Assembly: GCA_963575745.1 (NCBI GenBank)
Contig: CAUYUJ010000242.1
Coordinates: forward strand, 62,001 to 116,418
From: Prorocentrum cordatum
Taxonomy: Eukaryota
Direction of reading: 5' to 3'
DNA length: 54,418 nt
The number at the start of each line of letters is the position of its first letter. The stretch's first letter is position 1. A model generated the notes under the pieces. That model was not told the origin of the DNA, made no database searches, and saw nothing but the letters and a program-made list of their open reading frames with translations. Positions 1-10,829 of this stretch are shown here, in pieces. The position numbers and the translations under genes are program-made.

Positions 1-2616
1 GAGCTGGCGCCTGCGGACTCGCTGGAGGTTGTGATCGGCGAGTCCATCCAGAGCGTGCGTGCGTTGGGATCCCAGGAGGTCATTGGGATCGATCTGCTTC
101 CCTGCCGCTCATCCTCCTCGTTCGATACAAGCAGTGCTGCTGCTGCTCCACCTCCTCCTCCTCATCGTCATCACCACCAGCCACATCAGCAACACCAGCA
201 TCGTCGCCACCATCAGCAACATCAGCATCATCCTCGTCCGCATCAGCAGCAGTGTCATCATCATCACCAACAGCAGCAGCATCGTCATCAGCATCATCAT
301 CAGCAGCATCATCTTAAGCAACATCACCAGTAGCGTCGACATCACCATCAGCATCAGCATCATCATTAGCATACCCAACAGCATCTGCATCATCATCATC
401 ATCATCAGCATCATCATCATCATCAGCATCATCATCATCAATCGCAACATCATCATCCGCATGATCAACATAATCGGTCGAACCATCTTCATAGTCAGCA
501 TCACCAACATCATCAGCATCACCATCATCAGTATCATCAGTATCATCAACATCGGCATCATCATCACCGTCACCAACAGCCTCATTACCAACAGCATCCG
601 CGTCAGCAGCATCATCAGCATCAATAACATCATCGTAATCAGAATCGTCCTCGATGTCTCATCCGTCTCTTCCTCCTCCTCCTCCTCCTCCTCATCCTCC
701 AATGGTCGCTGGCGACTCAGCCTCCCTCTTCTCTTGTTCCTGGTCCTCCTCCTGCTCCTCCTCCTCCTCCTCATCCTCCGCATCTCCTTCTCTTCCGCCG
801 CCTCCTCCTCCTCCTCCTCCTCCTCCTCCTCCTCCTCCTCCAACCCCCCCTCCTCCACTTCAGCCCAGGTCCATGGAGTGGGCGCGGGCACGCGCGCGTG
901 GGCCAAGCGCGGCCTGGACGCGCAGGCCCTGGAGGTGGCGCTACTCGAGCAGGCGGAGGAGCGCAGGGGGCAAGGTAAGGAGGAGGAAGTGGAGGATCAG
1001 GAGAGAGAATAGAAACGAGAGAGGGATGACCAGCAGCATGAAGGGGACTGGGACGTGTTCAACCTCTCCCTCCTCATCATGTTCCTCTCACCTCTCCCTC
1101 TCCCTCTCCCCCTCCCACTCCTCTTCCTCCTCCTCCTCCTCTTCTTCCTCCTCCTCCTCCTCCTCCTCCTCCTCCTCCTCCTCCCTTATCCTCCTCTTCG
1201 TCCTCCTTCTCCTCCTCATCATCGTTCGCCTCCTCCCCTCCCTTAGGAGGGAGAAGAACTGCCACCTCAACGCACCCAACCCCAAGAACTCCACGGGTCC
1301 CCCTCCCCCCCGTCTTTCCAAAAGCAGGACCGCAAGCGCCAGCGGGGCGAGAGCAGCGGCGCCGCCGCGGCCGCATCGGGCGGCGGCGCAGCTCCAGCAG
1401 CATCGAGCGGCGGCGCAGCTCCAGCTGCATCGAGAGGCGAGGCAGCTCCAGCGGCATCGAGCGGCGAGGCAGCTCCAGCGGCATCGTGCGGCGGCGCAGC
1501 TCCAGCGGCATCGAGCGAGGGCGCAGCTCCAGCGGCATCGATCGGCGAGGCAGCTGCGCCGAAGCGCAAGGGGAAGGCCAAGCGCAAGGTACGAGCCGCC
1601 AACCATGCGCCCACACAAAAGCTGGCCAGGTCAATCCTGATCCCAGGATCGGTCGATCCTGCGCTCAGGATTGGGCTGGCCAGGATCGGTGTAGGTGCAT
1701 GGCTGGCATCCTCGAACAGGCGGAGGGCCAGCGTCCTGATGATGGCAAGGAGGCCACCGAGGAGCAGAAGACGAAGAAGGAGGAGCTGGCGCGCATCAAG
1801 GCAGCCGAGACCAAGGCCAAGACGGTGCTGACGACCTACCAGACGGCGATGAACTGCGCCACTACGTTCCTGAGCGCGATGGACACCATGCCTGAGTGGA
1901 AGTGGCTGAAGGTGGGGGGGATGGCGGTGGGAAGGGACGACCATGGCGATGGCGATGGCGATGGCGACGGCGACGGCAACGGCGACGGCGACGGCGACAG
2001 CGGCGGCGACAGCGGCGGCTCGGCGGCTCATTCGCTTGCTCTGACAATGTGGGAGAGGGAGGTGCACCCAGACGACTGGGCCAAGTCCTTGCAGAAGAAA
2101 GTCGACGAGGCGATGGGTAGCCGCACGGACTTCTTCGTCCGCATGTGCATCGAGACCCCATCCAACCTCAAGAAGGACATCAGAGCGACGGACCTCATCC
2201 ATGAGTACACGCTTATCGTCGAGAGGATAGCAGGGGAGCTGGCTGGCAGCCATCACGAAGCAGAGAGCGCGAGAAAGAGAGAAAAGGAGAGAGCGTGAGA
2301 GTCTGGAGGGAGAGAGGGGCAATGTATTTTCCAAGGGCCCAGGGCTTGATTGCGGTTCAAACTCCTCAGATCTCCTCCTCGATTGTCCTCTGTCTCCTGC
2401 GTTTCATCCTGATCCCCCTTCTCCTCAACTTGATTCTTCCCTGCAACCCTTCATCCTCCCTGTCCCTCCACTCTTCCCCCACCCCTCATCGCTCGTCTGG
2501 CGCAAGCTGGTGTATGGGGAGCGGGCAGGATGACCAAGCCCGTGGACCAGCTGATCTCGCTGAATCAGATGATCAACGAGCAGCACTCGTTGAACAACAA
2601 GTGGGCCAAGAAGTAG
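1..2616 (+). CDS. Spliced gene of unknown function, 5'-partial. Exons approx. <1-78, 869-~979, ~1247-1588, 1720-1911, 2062-2225, 2529-2616
   Basis: GC3-rich exons join in frame: ...PKRKGKAKRK|AEGQRPDD...MDTMPEWKWLK|VHPDDWAKSLQ...TLIVER|MTKPVDQLISLNQMINEQHSLNNKWAKK* (TAG 2614-2616). GT-AG introns at 79-868, 1589-1719 and 1912-2061; GA-AG intron at 2226-2528. The exon 2/3 junction is ambiguous. Confidence 0.65.
1375..1560 (+). repeat. 27-bp coding minisatellite (~7 copies, SGGAAPAAS)
   Basis: Tandem gcggcggcgcagctccagcggcatcga-like units inside the putative exon. Confidence 0.85.
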
Positions 2617-2819
2617 GTGCAGTCAGGGTCGCGCAGCAGGGTTCAGCATGCAGCAGACCAGTCAATCCAGCAGAGATCAGCATTTTCAGCCCCCCATTGC
2701 ACGGCCCCCCCAGGGACGACAGCCATCGATTAAGAAAATACTTACTGGGTCCATAATGATGGCACAAATCATTCGTGATCTCGTAGAAATCGCCGCGGAT
2801 CCTCGGGGGCCAACCCAAA

Positions 2820-2992
2820 AACACCACCGATGAACTACCGATGAACTCCGGACCCAATGAACTCCAATGAAACAGGCGCAAAACCATATATATATATATA
2901 TATATATATGAAAAACATAAAAAACAACAGCGATGAACTACCGATGAACTACCGATGAACTACCGATGAACTCCGATGAACTCCGATGAACT
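2820..2992 (+). repeat. Array of (A)CCGATGAACT 10-11-mers interrupted by (TA)n
   Basis: About 10 copies of ATGAAC(T) at 2820-2870 and 2932-2992. Confidence 0.85.
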
Positions 2993-3541
2993 CTGGTGAG
3001 CCTCGGAGGGAGCTCCGGAGGGGGCTCCGGAGCAGCTGGTGCGCTCCGGGGCCGCTCCGGTACCGCTCTGGTGCAGATTGGGGTCCTCCCACTTTCCGTG
3101 TTCCTCGACGTCGCTCCACCTTGTTTCCCCTCCCCTGCTCCCTCCATCCCCCCCCTGTTTCCCTCCCGTTCACCCGATGCATGCGTCGATCCCTTCTTTA
3201 CCCTCGCCCTCGGAAGTTGATGGGGCTAGAGGCGTTGATCATTCGACAGGGGCCGATGGTGGTGCTGAGATGGGGCGCTGGTTCTCTGCATTTTTGTTAC
3301 GCCCAGAGTTAAGGGCGAGCTCGTGTTGATCTGGCAACGTTCTGAGGCTTCTTGTGTTTCCCATGACCACCCACACTTCCCCATGCCCCTCGCAAAGAAG
3401 TCGCTCCGCCCCCTCCCTGCGGTCAAGGATGAGACACTTATTTCAGAAGCCTTGCCACTGCTCAGTCGGAGAGATAATGCTAGTTCTAGTGGCGAAGCGC
3501 CTGTGAGGGAAATCCCACGGGCCACGCTACGCTTGACAGAG

Positions 3542-3951
3542 ACAGGCGTACGGTGCACGCTCTGATCAGTACACAATGGCATTCTTTCTCCTTATTTGGA
3601 CCAACTCACCCCCGACCTTGCATTCCTTCCCTTCCCTCTTATGCCCACTTCGTTGTCCCAACAGGCCTGCGGTGCACGATTTGGTCAGTAGACACTTGGC
3701 ATCGCTCGGACGTGTGCGTTTTTTTCTCGGGGGGACCAGCGAGGAGCATCCTGGATCATCAGACGGAAAAAAAAAACGTACGAAACCGAAAAATGCACGG
3801 GAAATGGACGTCCGAGCGACGGCGAGGACAAGTATAGCAGTCTTGCTTCTTCTTCTTCTTCTTCTTCTTTTTCTTCTTCTTCTTCTTTGAATCAACTCAC
3901 CCCCGACCTTGCATCCCATCCCTTCCCTCTGATGCCCACTTCCTTTGCCCA
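3542..3951 (+). repeat. ~119-bp tandem duplication whose second unit is interrupted by a TIR element and (CTT)n
   Basis: acaggc..cggtgcacg...tggcat occurs at 3542 and 3661; caactcacccccgaccttgcat...gcccactt occurs at ~3602 and ~3893. Confidence 0.8.
3695..3823. mobile_element. ~125-bp MITE-like element, copy 1 of 3
   Basis: 12-bp inverted repeat TCGCTCGGACGT (3702-3713) / ACGTCCGAGCGA (3808-3819); homologous copies at 32773 and 36712. Confidence 0.7.
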
Positions 3952-4124
3952 GCGTGAGTTCGGCAGTGCGTGCGACTGCTCGAAGCCATCACAAGGTTGC
4001 ATACACAACAACACATTAAATTAGACATCAAACACAGATTTTAAAAGCAGCAGTTACAGTTTGACGCACGCAATGCTGTGGTTTGGGTTTCGCGCCTAGG
4101 CGTTTTAGATCGAGCTTTCGCGGG

Positions 4125-6701
4125 ATGCCCAAACGCGGTTTGTCACCCCCTCGGCCGTGGGAGCTGCCCGAATGGAAGCAAGACCCAAGTGAAGAAGCAA
4201 AGAAAGCCAAAGCAAAGGAGTATGGACATTTGTTTATCGAGGAGTTGCTTGACCACTACCTCACAGGAAAACGTATTTCTGCACGCTCTGTATGTGCTTT
4301 ATGTGAGTATGCATATCATTGCGGAGTAGAGGAAGCATTCAAATACAAGCTACCTCCAACGTCGCAGACAGGGCACTTCCAGAGGAAACTAGATGCTGCA
4401 TTAGAGTTTGCACAATATGACGACATGCTATATTCTTTTCCTGTGCCTGGCCAGGTAAGGGGGGAAGTAGAGCGCGGCCCAATGATCGTGAATGCACTGC
4501 CCCCGCACGAAGTGTTGTTCGATGAGATTTCGAAGAGCCCTTCAATAATGACTGACTGGGCAAACAACGTGCGAGATGCTGAATGGATAGACGCATACGA
4601 ACAGCACGACGTTGTCAAACAGCTATCGGGAGAAGACAGATTGAAAACATTACCGATCGCACTATATACAGATAAGACACCATATACTAAGTCTGAAAGC
4701 TTTCTCAGCATTAGCTGTCATCTCTTGAGCTCTGGCAAGCGGCACCTTTTATGCGTTTTACGGACAAGCGAGTTGTGCGACTGTGGGTGCAGCCACTATT
4801 GTTCGACGCATGCCGTTTATACCATGTTGCATTGGAGCATATCTGCACTGGCGAACGGGGTATTTCCAAGCGTGCGCCACGACGGGTCTTCGTGGCTGGA
4901 GTCCGACTCAAAGCGAAGTCAAAGATCTGGACAGGAGCGGCGGGGATTGCAGCAGCGAGTGGATACGCAGAGCACGAGAAAGGCAGGCGGAGAATTACGG
5001 TGTTCGCTTCAAGGGGTGTGCGTGAGGCACTACCCAATCCCTTCCGCCTCCTCCTCCTTCTCTCATTTGTGAATATGTATGTTTTGTACAGATTGGTGTA
5101 CATAGAGATATGTTTATATGTCTATATACACACATATCTATATGTATACAACTCCCCCTCCCCCTCTGGGAGCTCGCGCTCCGCTTTCAGCTCCGCAGGG
5201 CGCCTCGTCTGCCCCGAGCGACCATCCAAGGCCAATCCAATGTGCCATTGGAGAGTGCTGCGAAAGCCAAGGGACGATACGGGCGATAGCGAAGGACAGG
5301 AAACGGAGAACGGAAGTAGCGCAGCGGGAATCTGTAAATATATATATATATATATATGTGGGGGGAACATAGAGGAGGTACAGGATGATAAACGGGGAAA
5401 GAGGGAAGGTGTTTTCGGGGTGAGAGCAGAGGTGATGGGATGGACGGTATAAAATAGAAACGTTGAAAACAACGATCGGGCAGGAACTTGGCTTTCGCGC
5501 AGTGGTTGTGGATATCAAGGCCGATTGGCCCGAGCTGAGCACGGGCATGGGCCTGCCGACTTGCGCCCATAACACTGCTCCGTGCCTTTTTTGCAGCTGC
5601 CCCCAATCAGAACTTAGGGACCACGATCTTCGGAATCCTTTACTGCCGCACGGGCCGAATAATTACGACAAAGAATGTCAGAGCCACGAGCATTGGGTTA
5701 TCTTGGACTCAGACGAAGCACACAGAACTATCAGATGGAGATTAGAATTCAAGAAAAAGCATAAAGGGAGGGCCCTTTCACATGACATCCCAGCGTTGGG
5801 CTTAAAAAAAAATGATCGTCTTGTGGCAACGTGGCCAATGACAGATACAATGGACTTTGATAAACTTAGTGGCCTAGATGCGCAGCCCCAGCTTGTGTGC
5901 TTTTGGAGGCCACGAGAAAATGCGCGGGTGTACCATCGTAATCCATTGCTCGATGCATCGTTGGGAATCCATATTACGACATTCAGCATCGACGAGATGC
6001 ATTGCATCCACCTTGGAATCATGAAGGTCTATGTTGGCAGTGTTTTCTGGCTGCTGTTACTAAACAACGTGTTCGATCTTCGGGCGACCACTCAGGACGA
6101 TCTGGTTTCTATCGGCCTCCAAAACATCATGATTCTGTTGGTGGACTGGTACCCACAAGAGAGGGATCGGCGAGGGATCACTGAAAGCCAGTTGACACGA
6201 GTGGGAAACATCACCCACGGGATGATCGGCGAAAAACATTCCCCAACGATCAGCACGAAGGCCGCAGAGACGAAGTGGTTATTCTTATTTTCTGTTTGGT
6301 TGCTGGGCAAGTTCATAGGGAAATGTGCAGACAGAGAGAAATCAAACACGTTGCTTCAGGCTGGCCTTGCTTTAGAGAAGTGGTACGATCTTCTGGAGAA
6401 GCAGCCTCGCAAAGTACCGCCTAATGTGTGTGATGATTTGGAAGCGTTCGCAGCAATGCATTGCAATCTGGCTGAGTTGGGAGGCGTACCAATGCTGCCG
6501 AAACACCATTTATTTAGACATCTCACTGAGATGATACGTGTGAAAGGTTCACCGCACTTCTACCACACCTACATTGATGAGTCAATGAATGGTGTGATCG
6601 CGTCCATTGCTGCGACGACGCACAGGGCGCGCTTCGAAAGAATGGTGTTTCGGAAGTGGGGGTACCTTGCGTCAGGACGGTGCAGTCTGAATGGGGATTA
6701 A
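4125..6701 (+). CDS. CMC-supergroup (CACTA/EnSpm-Mirage-Chapaev; Plavaka-like) DDE transposase, 2 exons (4125-4934, 5484-6701), ~675 aa
   Basis: Two long ORFs join at a phase-0 GA-AG intron (RSGQ|ELGFRAVV). Motifs in expected order: LYTD (D1), DIKADWP (D2), CLFC (C2C), DEMHCIHLG ([M/L]H), PKHHLFRH (H3-4H), GSP..YIDESMN (E). No internal stops. Confidence 0.8.
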
Positions 6702-7122
6702 ACTTAAGTCGGGCGTGTCCTACCACAGGCGGGTCTAAGAAGAAACATGCAAATAATCAGACATAATCACGTATAGTTAGAAGACTACCCAAATCGTCAC
6801 ACAAATATTTTCTCATCATTCCTAAATGTTCATCATGAGGGACAGGCCCGACTTAAGATTCAACTGACTAGAGACCAAGGGGTCGAAGGTCGAGCGGGTG
6901 GGGAAGAGGCCAAGGGCGTTGGCAATAGGGGGGCAGCGAGGCAAGTTTTGGGAGAGGGACGTGGAGGGGCACGACGAGGAGGGGGGATGAAACAGGTCAC
7001 TGAAAGCTGCAAGGACTACCAATGACCAGCCTGTCATCCATTTATTGCCAACACCCTGCCAAATCCCTTCACCCGTCTGCGTTGGGACATGCATCGCCGC
7101 TGCCCCCTCCTCCGTGCAACAG

Positions 7123-8218
7123 GGCACGGGATCCGGTTAGATTGGGCCTTGCCAGCGATGCATGGCGACAGCTGCGTCGGTGAAGAGAGTGCGCCAGGAC
7201 CATTGGGACTCTGGGTAAGGCTGCTGACCCCCTTATCCCCTTACCCACACCCCTTTCGTTCTCCCCCGTTGCCCCGCCCCCAGTTCTGGTGTCTCAATGG
7301 CCGCCCCGTCTCGGCTTCATTGCAGATGCTTGCCCTTGCAGGCCCGAAAGCAGTCAAAGGGCGCTCGTCAGCTTTTTGATCGTGCTGCACGCGCCCACGG
7401 TACGTATACGCAGGGTGGGGGAGGGCGACGTACTTCCCTCATCCGTCCTCGCTCATTGTTGGAGTTGGTGCCATCGCGGCACGGTGAGTTCATCGCAGAT
7501 CTTCGGCCTTCGATCGCGAGAGTCGTTGAAGCAACGTGTCGTGAAAGTCTTGAAACGCGCACTCGGAGTATATTGACAGGTGTCATTCTCTCGTTCTCTC
7601 CTGAACCCTCTTCATCACCTCCCCTCTCATTCACGTCCTCGGACCGCCCTTCATTCCTTACCTTCTCTCCCCTCCTCCCCCTTCCCTCACACATCCTCGG
7701 TGGCCGAATGCTTTCAGCGTTTGCCAAGCTGTCCGAGTTGAATGTTTCCAAGAGTATCAGCAGTTGCCTTTTCTGTGCATGTTTGTGCGCTGCTGCTGGC
7801 TCGGCATGCTTTTGCGGCAGTGGGGAGGTGGGAACCTTGGAGTACCCGACGAGATCAAGGGCTTTGCCACGTTAATTAGAGAGTGCAACGGGGGCGACCT
7901 GATGCCGCTGCACCAGATAGAGGCTGTAAAGGAGTTCGTCAACAATCATATGAATTCGATATCTAGAGACTTGGACGCCTTTGAAGTGCTCCCCTCAGTG
8001 AGCCTGGTTGCATAGCGACTAGCGGTGGGAGATAAAGATGTTGATGATGATGATGCTGACGATGATGGTGCTGATGATAAGTATGGTGATGCTGATGCTG
8101 ATGCTAATGATGCTGGTGATGATGAGTATGCTTATTACTAGTGTGATGATGAAAATGATGATGCTGATGAGGATGATTTCTCCAGGTATTTCAGCAACAC
8201 TGGAGAAAACCTCATTAG
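7123..8218 (+). CDS. Spliced gene of unknown function. Exons approx. 7123-7214, 7342-7399, 7499-7579, 7718-7753, 7828-~7997, 8186-8218; 5' end undefined
   Basis: A phase-compatible chain of GT-AG introns gives GPLGLW|ARKQSKGARQLFDRAARAH|DLRPSIARVVEATCRESLETRTRSILT|AFAKLSELNVSK|SGNLGVPDEIKGFATLIRECNGGDLMPLHQIEAVKEFVNNHMNSISRDLDAFE...|VFQQHWRKPH*. No recognisable domain. Confidence 0.45.
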
Positions 8219-8326
8219 TCTCATCATCACCCCCAACATCATCACCATCATCATCAGCATCGTCATCATCATCAGTAGCATCATCATCATCATCATCAGC
8301 ATCATCATCATCATCATCATCATCAG

Positions 8327-8361
<35 letters not shown>

Positions 8362-8371
8362 CCACCATCAG

Positions 8372-8403
<32 letters not shown>

Positions 8404-8668
8404 GCATCATCAGCACTGCGGGTGGAGCGGGGGGAGCAGGAGGAACCAGAACGGGCACTGGCCACTAGCACGCATCATTATGATTCGATCGGGGTCTGTT
8501 GGTGGCAGCCTTGTAAGGTTAGGAACGATTGAAACAGATGAGAAAGAGAGGAACCCTAATTTGTTGAACCGTGATCGGGGCCTTGAATCAGACGAGCCTT
8601 ACATTCGTTTGGTAATCGATTGTGGCCATTGCTAGTTTCACGATTGGTAAAACAATAGTTCGACTAAG

Positions 8669-10537
8669 GTATGTTCAGGGTGTGGCCTTCAATCACAAGT
8701 TTTTCGTGAGGCAGGCGAGAACACCATGGAGTTCGACAAATACACACGCCACATCGAGGAAGATCTCACGAGCCTCGAGGGGCAACTACATGCATGTTTT
8801 ACTGCGCTGCGCCTGAAGGAGGGCGGCATACTTACCGTGGCGGTGGCCAGCCGCTGGGCGGGGGAGGTGAACGCGAGCGCGGCCAGGAAGAGTTACAGCT
8901 GGGTTGATGTTATCGGAGCAGCAGCTGAGAGGAGAGACAAGGGTGTAGATTCTGATGATTCGTGTCCCCTCTTCCTTCTCCTCCTCCTCCCTCTCCTTAT
9001 CCCTCCGCCTCCTCCTCCTCTTCCTCCTCCTCCTCCTCCTCCTTCTCCGCCTCCTCCTCGCTCCCCTCATCTGGTACCTCCTTCTCCTCAACCTCCTCCT
9101 CACCCCCCCCTCACCTTTCTGGGCTCTCCCCTTCATGCTCGCTCACCCGTCGCCACGTTGAACGCCCGCAGTTGGAGTGCCGCAGCTGGCTACGGTTCAT
9201 CAACGCTACAGGGCACAAGCGGGATATGTACAACATATTCGGTGATGAGGATCGGCGGGGCAGCACTTGCGGCGATGATGATGCATCTGTACGATGGGAG
9301 CGTATACAAGCGCAGAAGTAGGATGAGGCGGGATGTGATAGGTGGAGGGTGAGCTCCACATGGATGACTGGACGTTGCATCGTGACGTTCGGGGTTCTGC
9401 GTGTCTGGAGCAATTGGGGAAAGCAGGGACACCTGACAGATTATACGATAGCGTTCGGTGGGAGAGGAGGAGGAGGAGGAGGAGGAGGAAGAGGAGGAGG
9501 AGGAGGAGGAGGAGGAGGCGCAGGAGGAGGAGGAGGAGGGGGATACGGCGGAGGAGGAGCTGGGTGAGGCGAATGCTATTAAGGAGGGGGGGGCAGGGCG
9601 CAACGAAATTCAAATTGGTCGGGCAGGAGTGCCCGAAGGTGGTCTCTGCGAACATCCAGCTCCAATTTGTGGCTTATCTTTTAACTTTAGTGCACGTCAG
9701 ACGGGTATGGTTTGTGTTTGAGAAGCCTCTTCAGAGCAGAATGGATGAGCATCCGACAATGCAGACTGTGATGGCGCTACTGGGCGCAAGCACTATTCTT
9801 ACATACATGGGGGCATTCCAGCCCGACCCACCTATCCCGAAAGCGTGCCATCTCATAACTACGCTACCATCCACCGTCCACAAGTTGCTCTCAAAAAAGC
9901 GCCCGCAGTGCAGCTCGAAGAAAAGTGATAAGGACAGGTTCCATACGAAAGACACTGCAGGGTGGATTATCGGTGGCAAGGACAGATTTGTGCTCCTTCT
10001 TTGGGGCAGGGCAGGGGGATTGGGACTGGGGAGAAGCGTGCAATCTCCACTGCAAAGGTCGAGAGGAAGGTGGGACACCAAACAACCTGGGTGCAGGGAT
10101 CGAGGGGATTAGGCAGGGAGGGCGCCATATGGAGCTGGATGATTGTGAACCCCTGCGTGATTCACTAATACAGCTTGTCGAGCCATCGCCCTTTTCATCC
10201 ACCAATCCTCCTGCTAGTCTCCTTGTCACCCAAACTCCACATGCCTCCTCCATCCATGGAGCTGGGGGCGCCGCGCGAGGAGCTTGGGCTCACAGAGCAT
10301 TACCCGAGGGGGTACTGCGAGGCGCTGTGGGCAGCGTGGAAGGCTGCGCAGGATGGCAAGTTCATGGATCGAGTCAATTTCTTGATGAGCGATGGGCAGC
10401 TGATGAGGAAAAAGGCGAGGATGACAGCACTTTTAGAGAGGGATTTAGAGGCTGAGAAGCAGGCGAGGAGGGCAAAGAGGGCAAAGACAAGGGCGGCATC
10501 ATCCAACATGCGCACGATTCACGATTACTGCAGCAAG
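8669..10537 (+). CDS. Divergent C5 cytosine DNA methyltransferase-like protein. Exons 8669-8842, 9172-9249, 9627-9980, 10280-10537; first and last exons uncertain
   Basis: All-phase-0 joins give ordered MTase-like motifs: VCSGCG (I), EFD (II), EDL (III), VA|LECRSW (IV), GDE|ECPKVVSAN, FVFEKPLQS (VI), YMGAF..PKACHL (VIII-like), GGK|ELGLTEHYPRGYCEAL (X-like). Introns are GT-AG, GA-AG and GA-AG, followed by a possible GC donor at 10538. Confidence 0.72.
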
Positions 10538-10733
10538 GCGTTGTTCCATCCACTCCATCTCTGCCTCATCCTGCTCCTCCTCTGCTTTTCCTCTTCCCCC
10601 ACTGATCACCATCCCGTCCTCCCCCTCACCCTCGCCCTCGTGCATCCCACCTCCACCCTCTTTTCCTCGTCATATTCTCCCGCTGTCCTCCCCATTTTGC
10701 CTCCTCTCTTCCCCCTGTTCTTCAAAGGTTGAA

Positions 10734-10783
10734 GAGTTCATTGCACTTCATTGGACTTCATCGCATAGTTCATTGCGTGTGTT
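10734..10783 (-). repeat. Four degenerate ATGAACT units in inverted orientation relative to the 2820-2992 array
   Basis: The reverse complement reads aacacacgcaATGAACTatgcgATGAAgTccaATGAAgTgcaATGAACTc. Confidence 0.6.
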
Positions 10784-10829
10784 CGCCCATCACCTCTCAC
10801 CGACAGTCGCCCTGGAGGGCCCTTCACCA

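Noticed and set aside
31..1250. Long ORFs rich in poly-I/S/H/M/E/P (also at 8019-8532, 11506-12968, 32268-33137, 37244-38517 and 43529-44821)
   Set aside because: They are translations of stop-free microsatellites, mostly intronic or intergenic.
3215..4023. Possible additional small spliced gene (GRWFSAFLLRPELR|DETLISEALPLLSRR...) before the transposase
   Set aside because: No unambiguous exon chain, start or stop; the region is disturbed by a duplication and a TIR element.
8440..8668. 5' exon of the methyltransferase (MIRSG...EPYIRLVID) or fusion with the upstream gene
   Set aside because: Several phase-compatible options exist and none can be chosen without transcripts.
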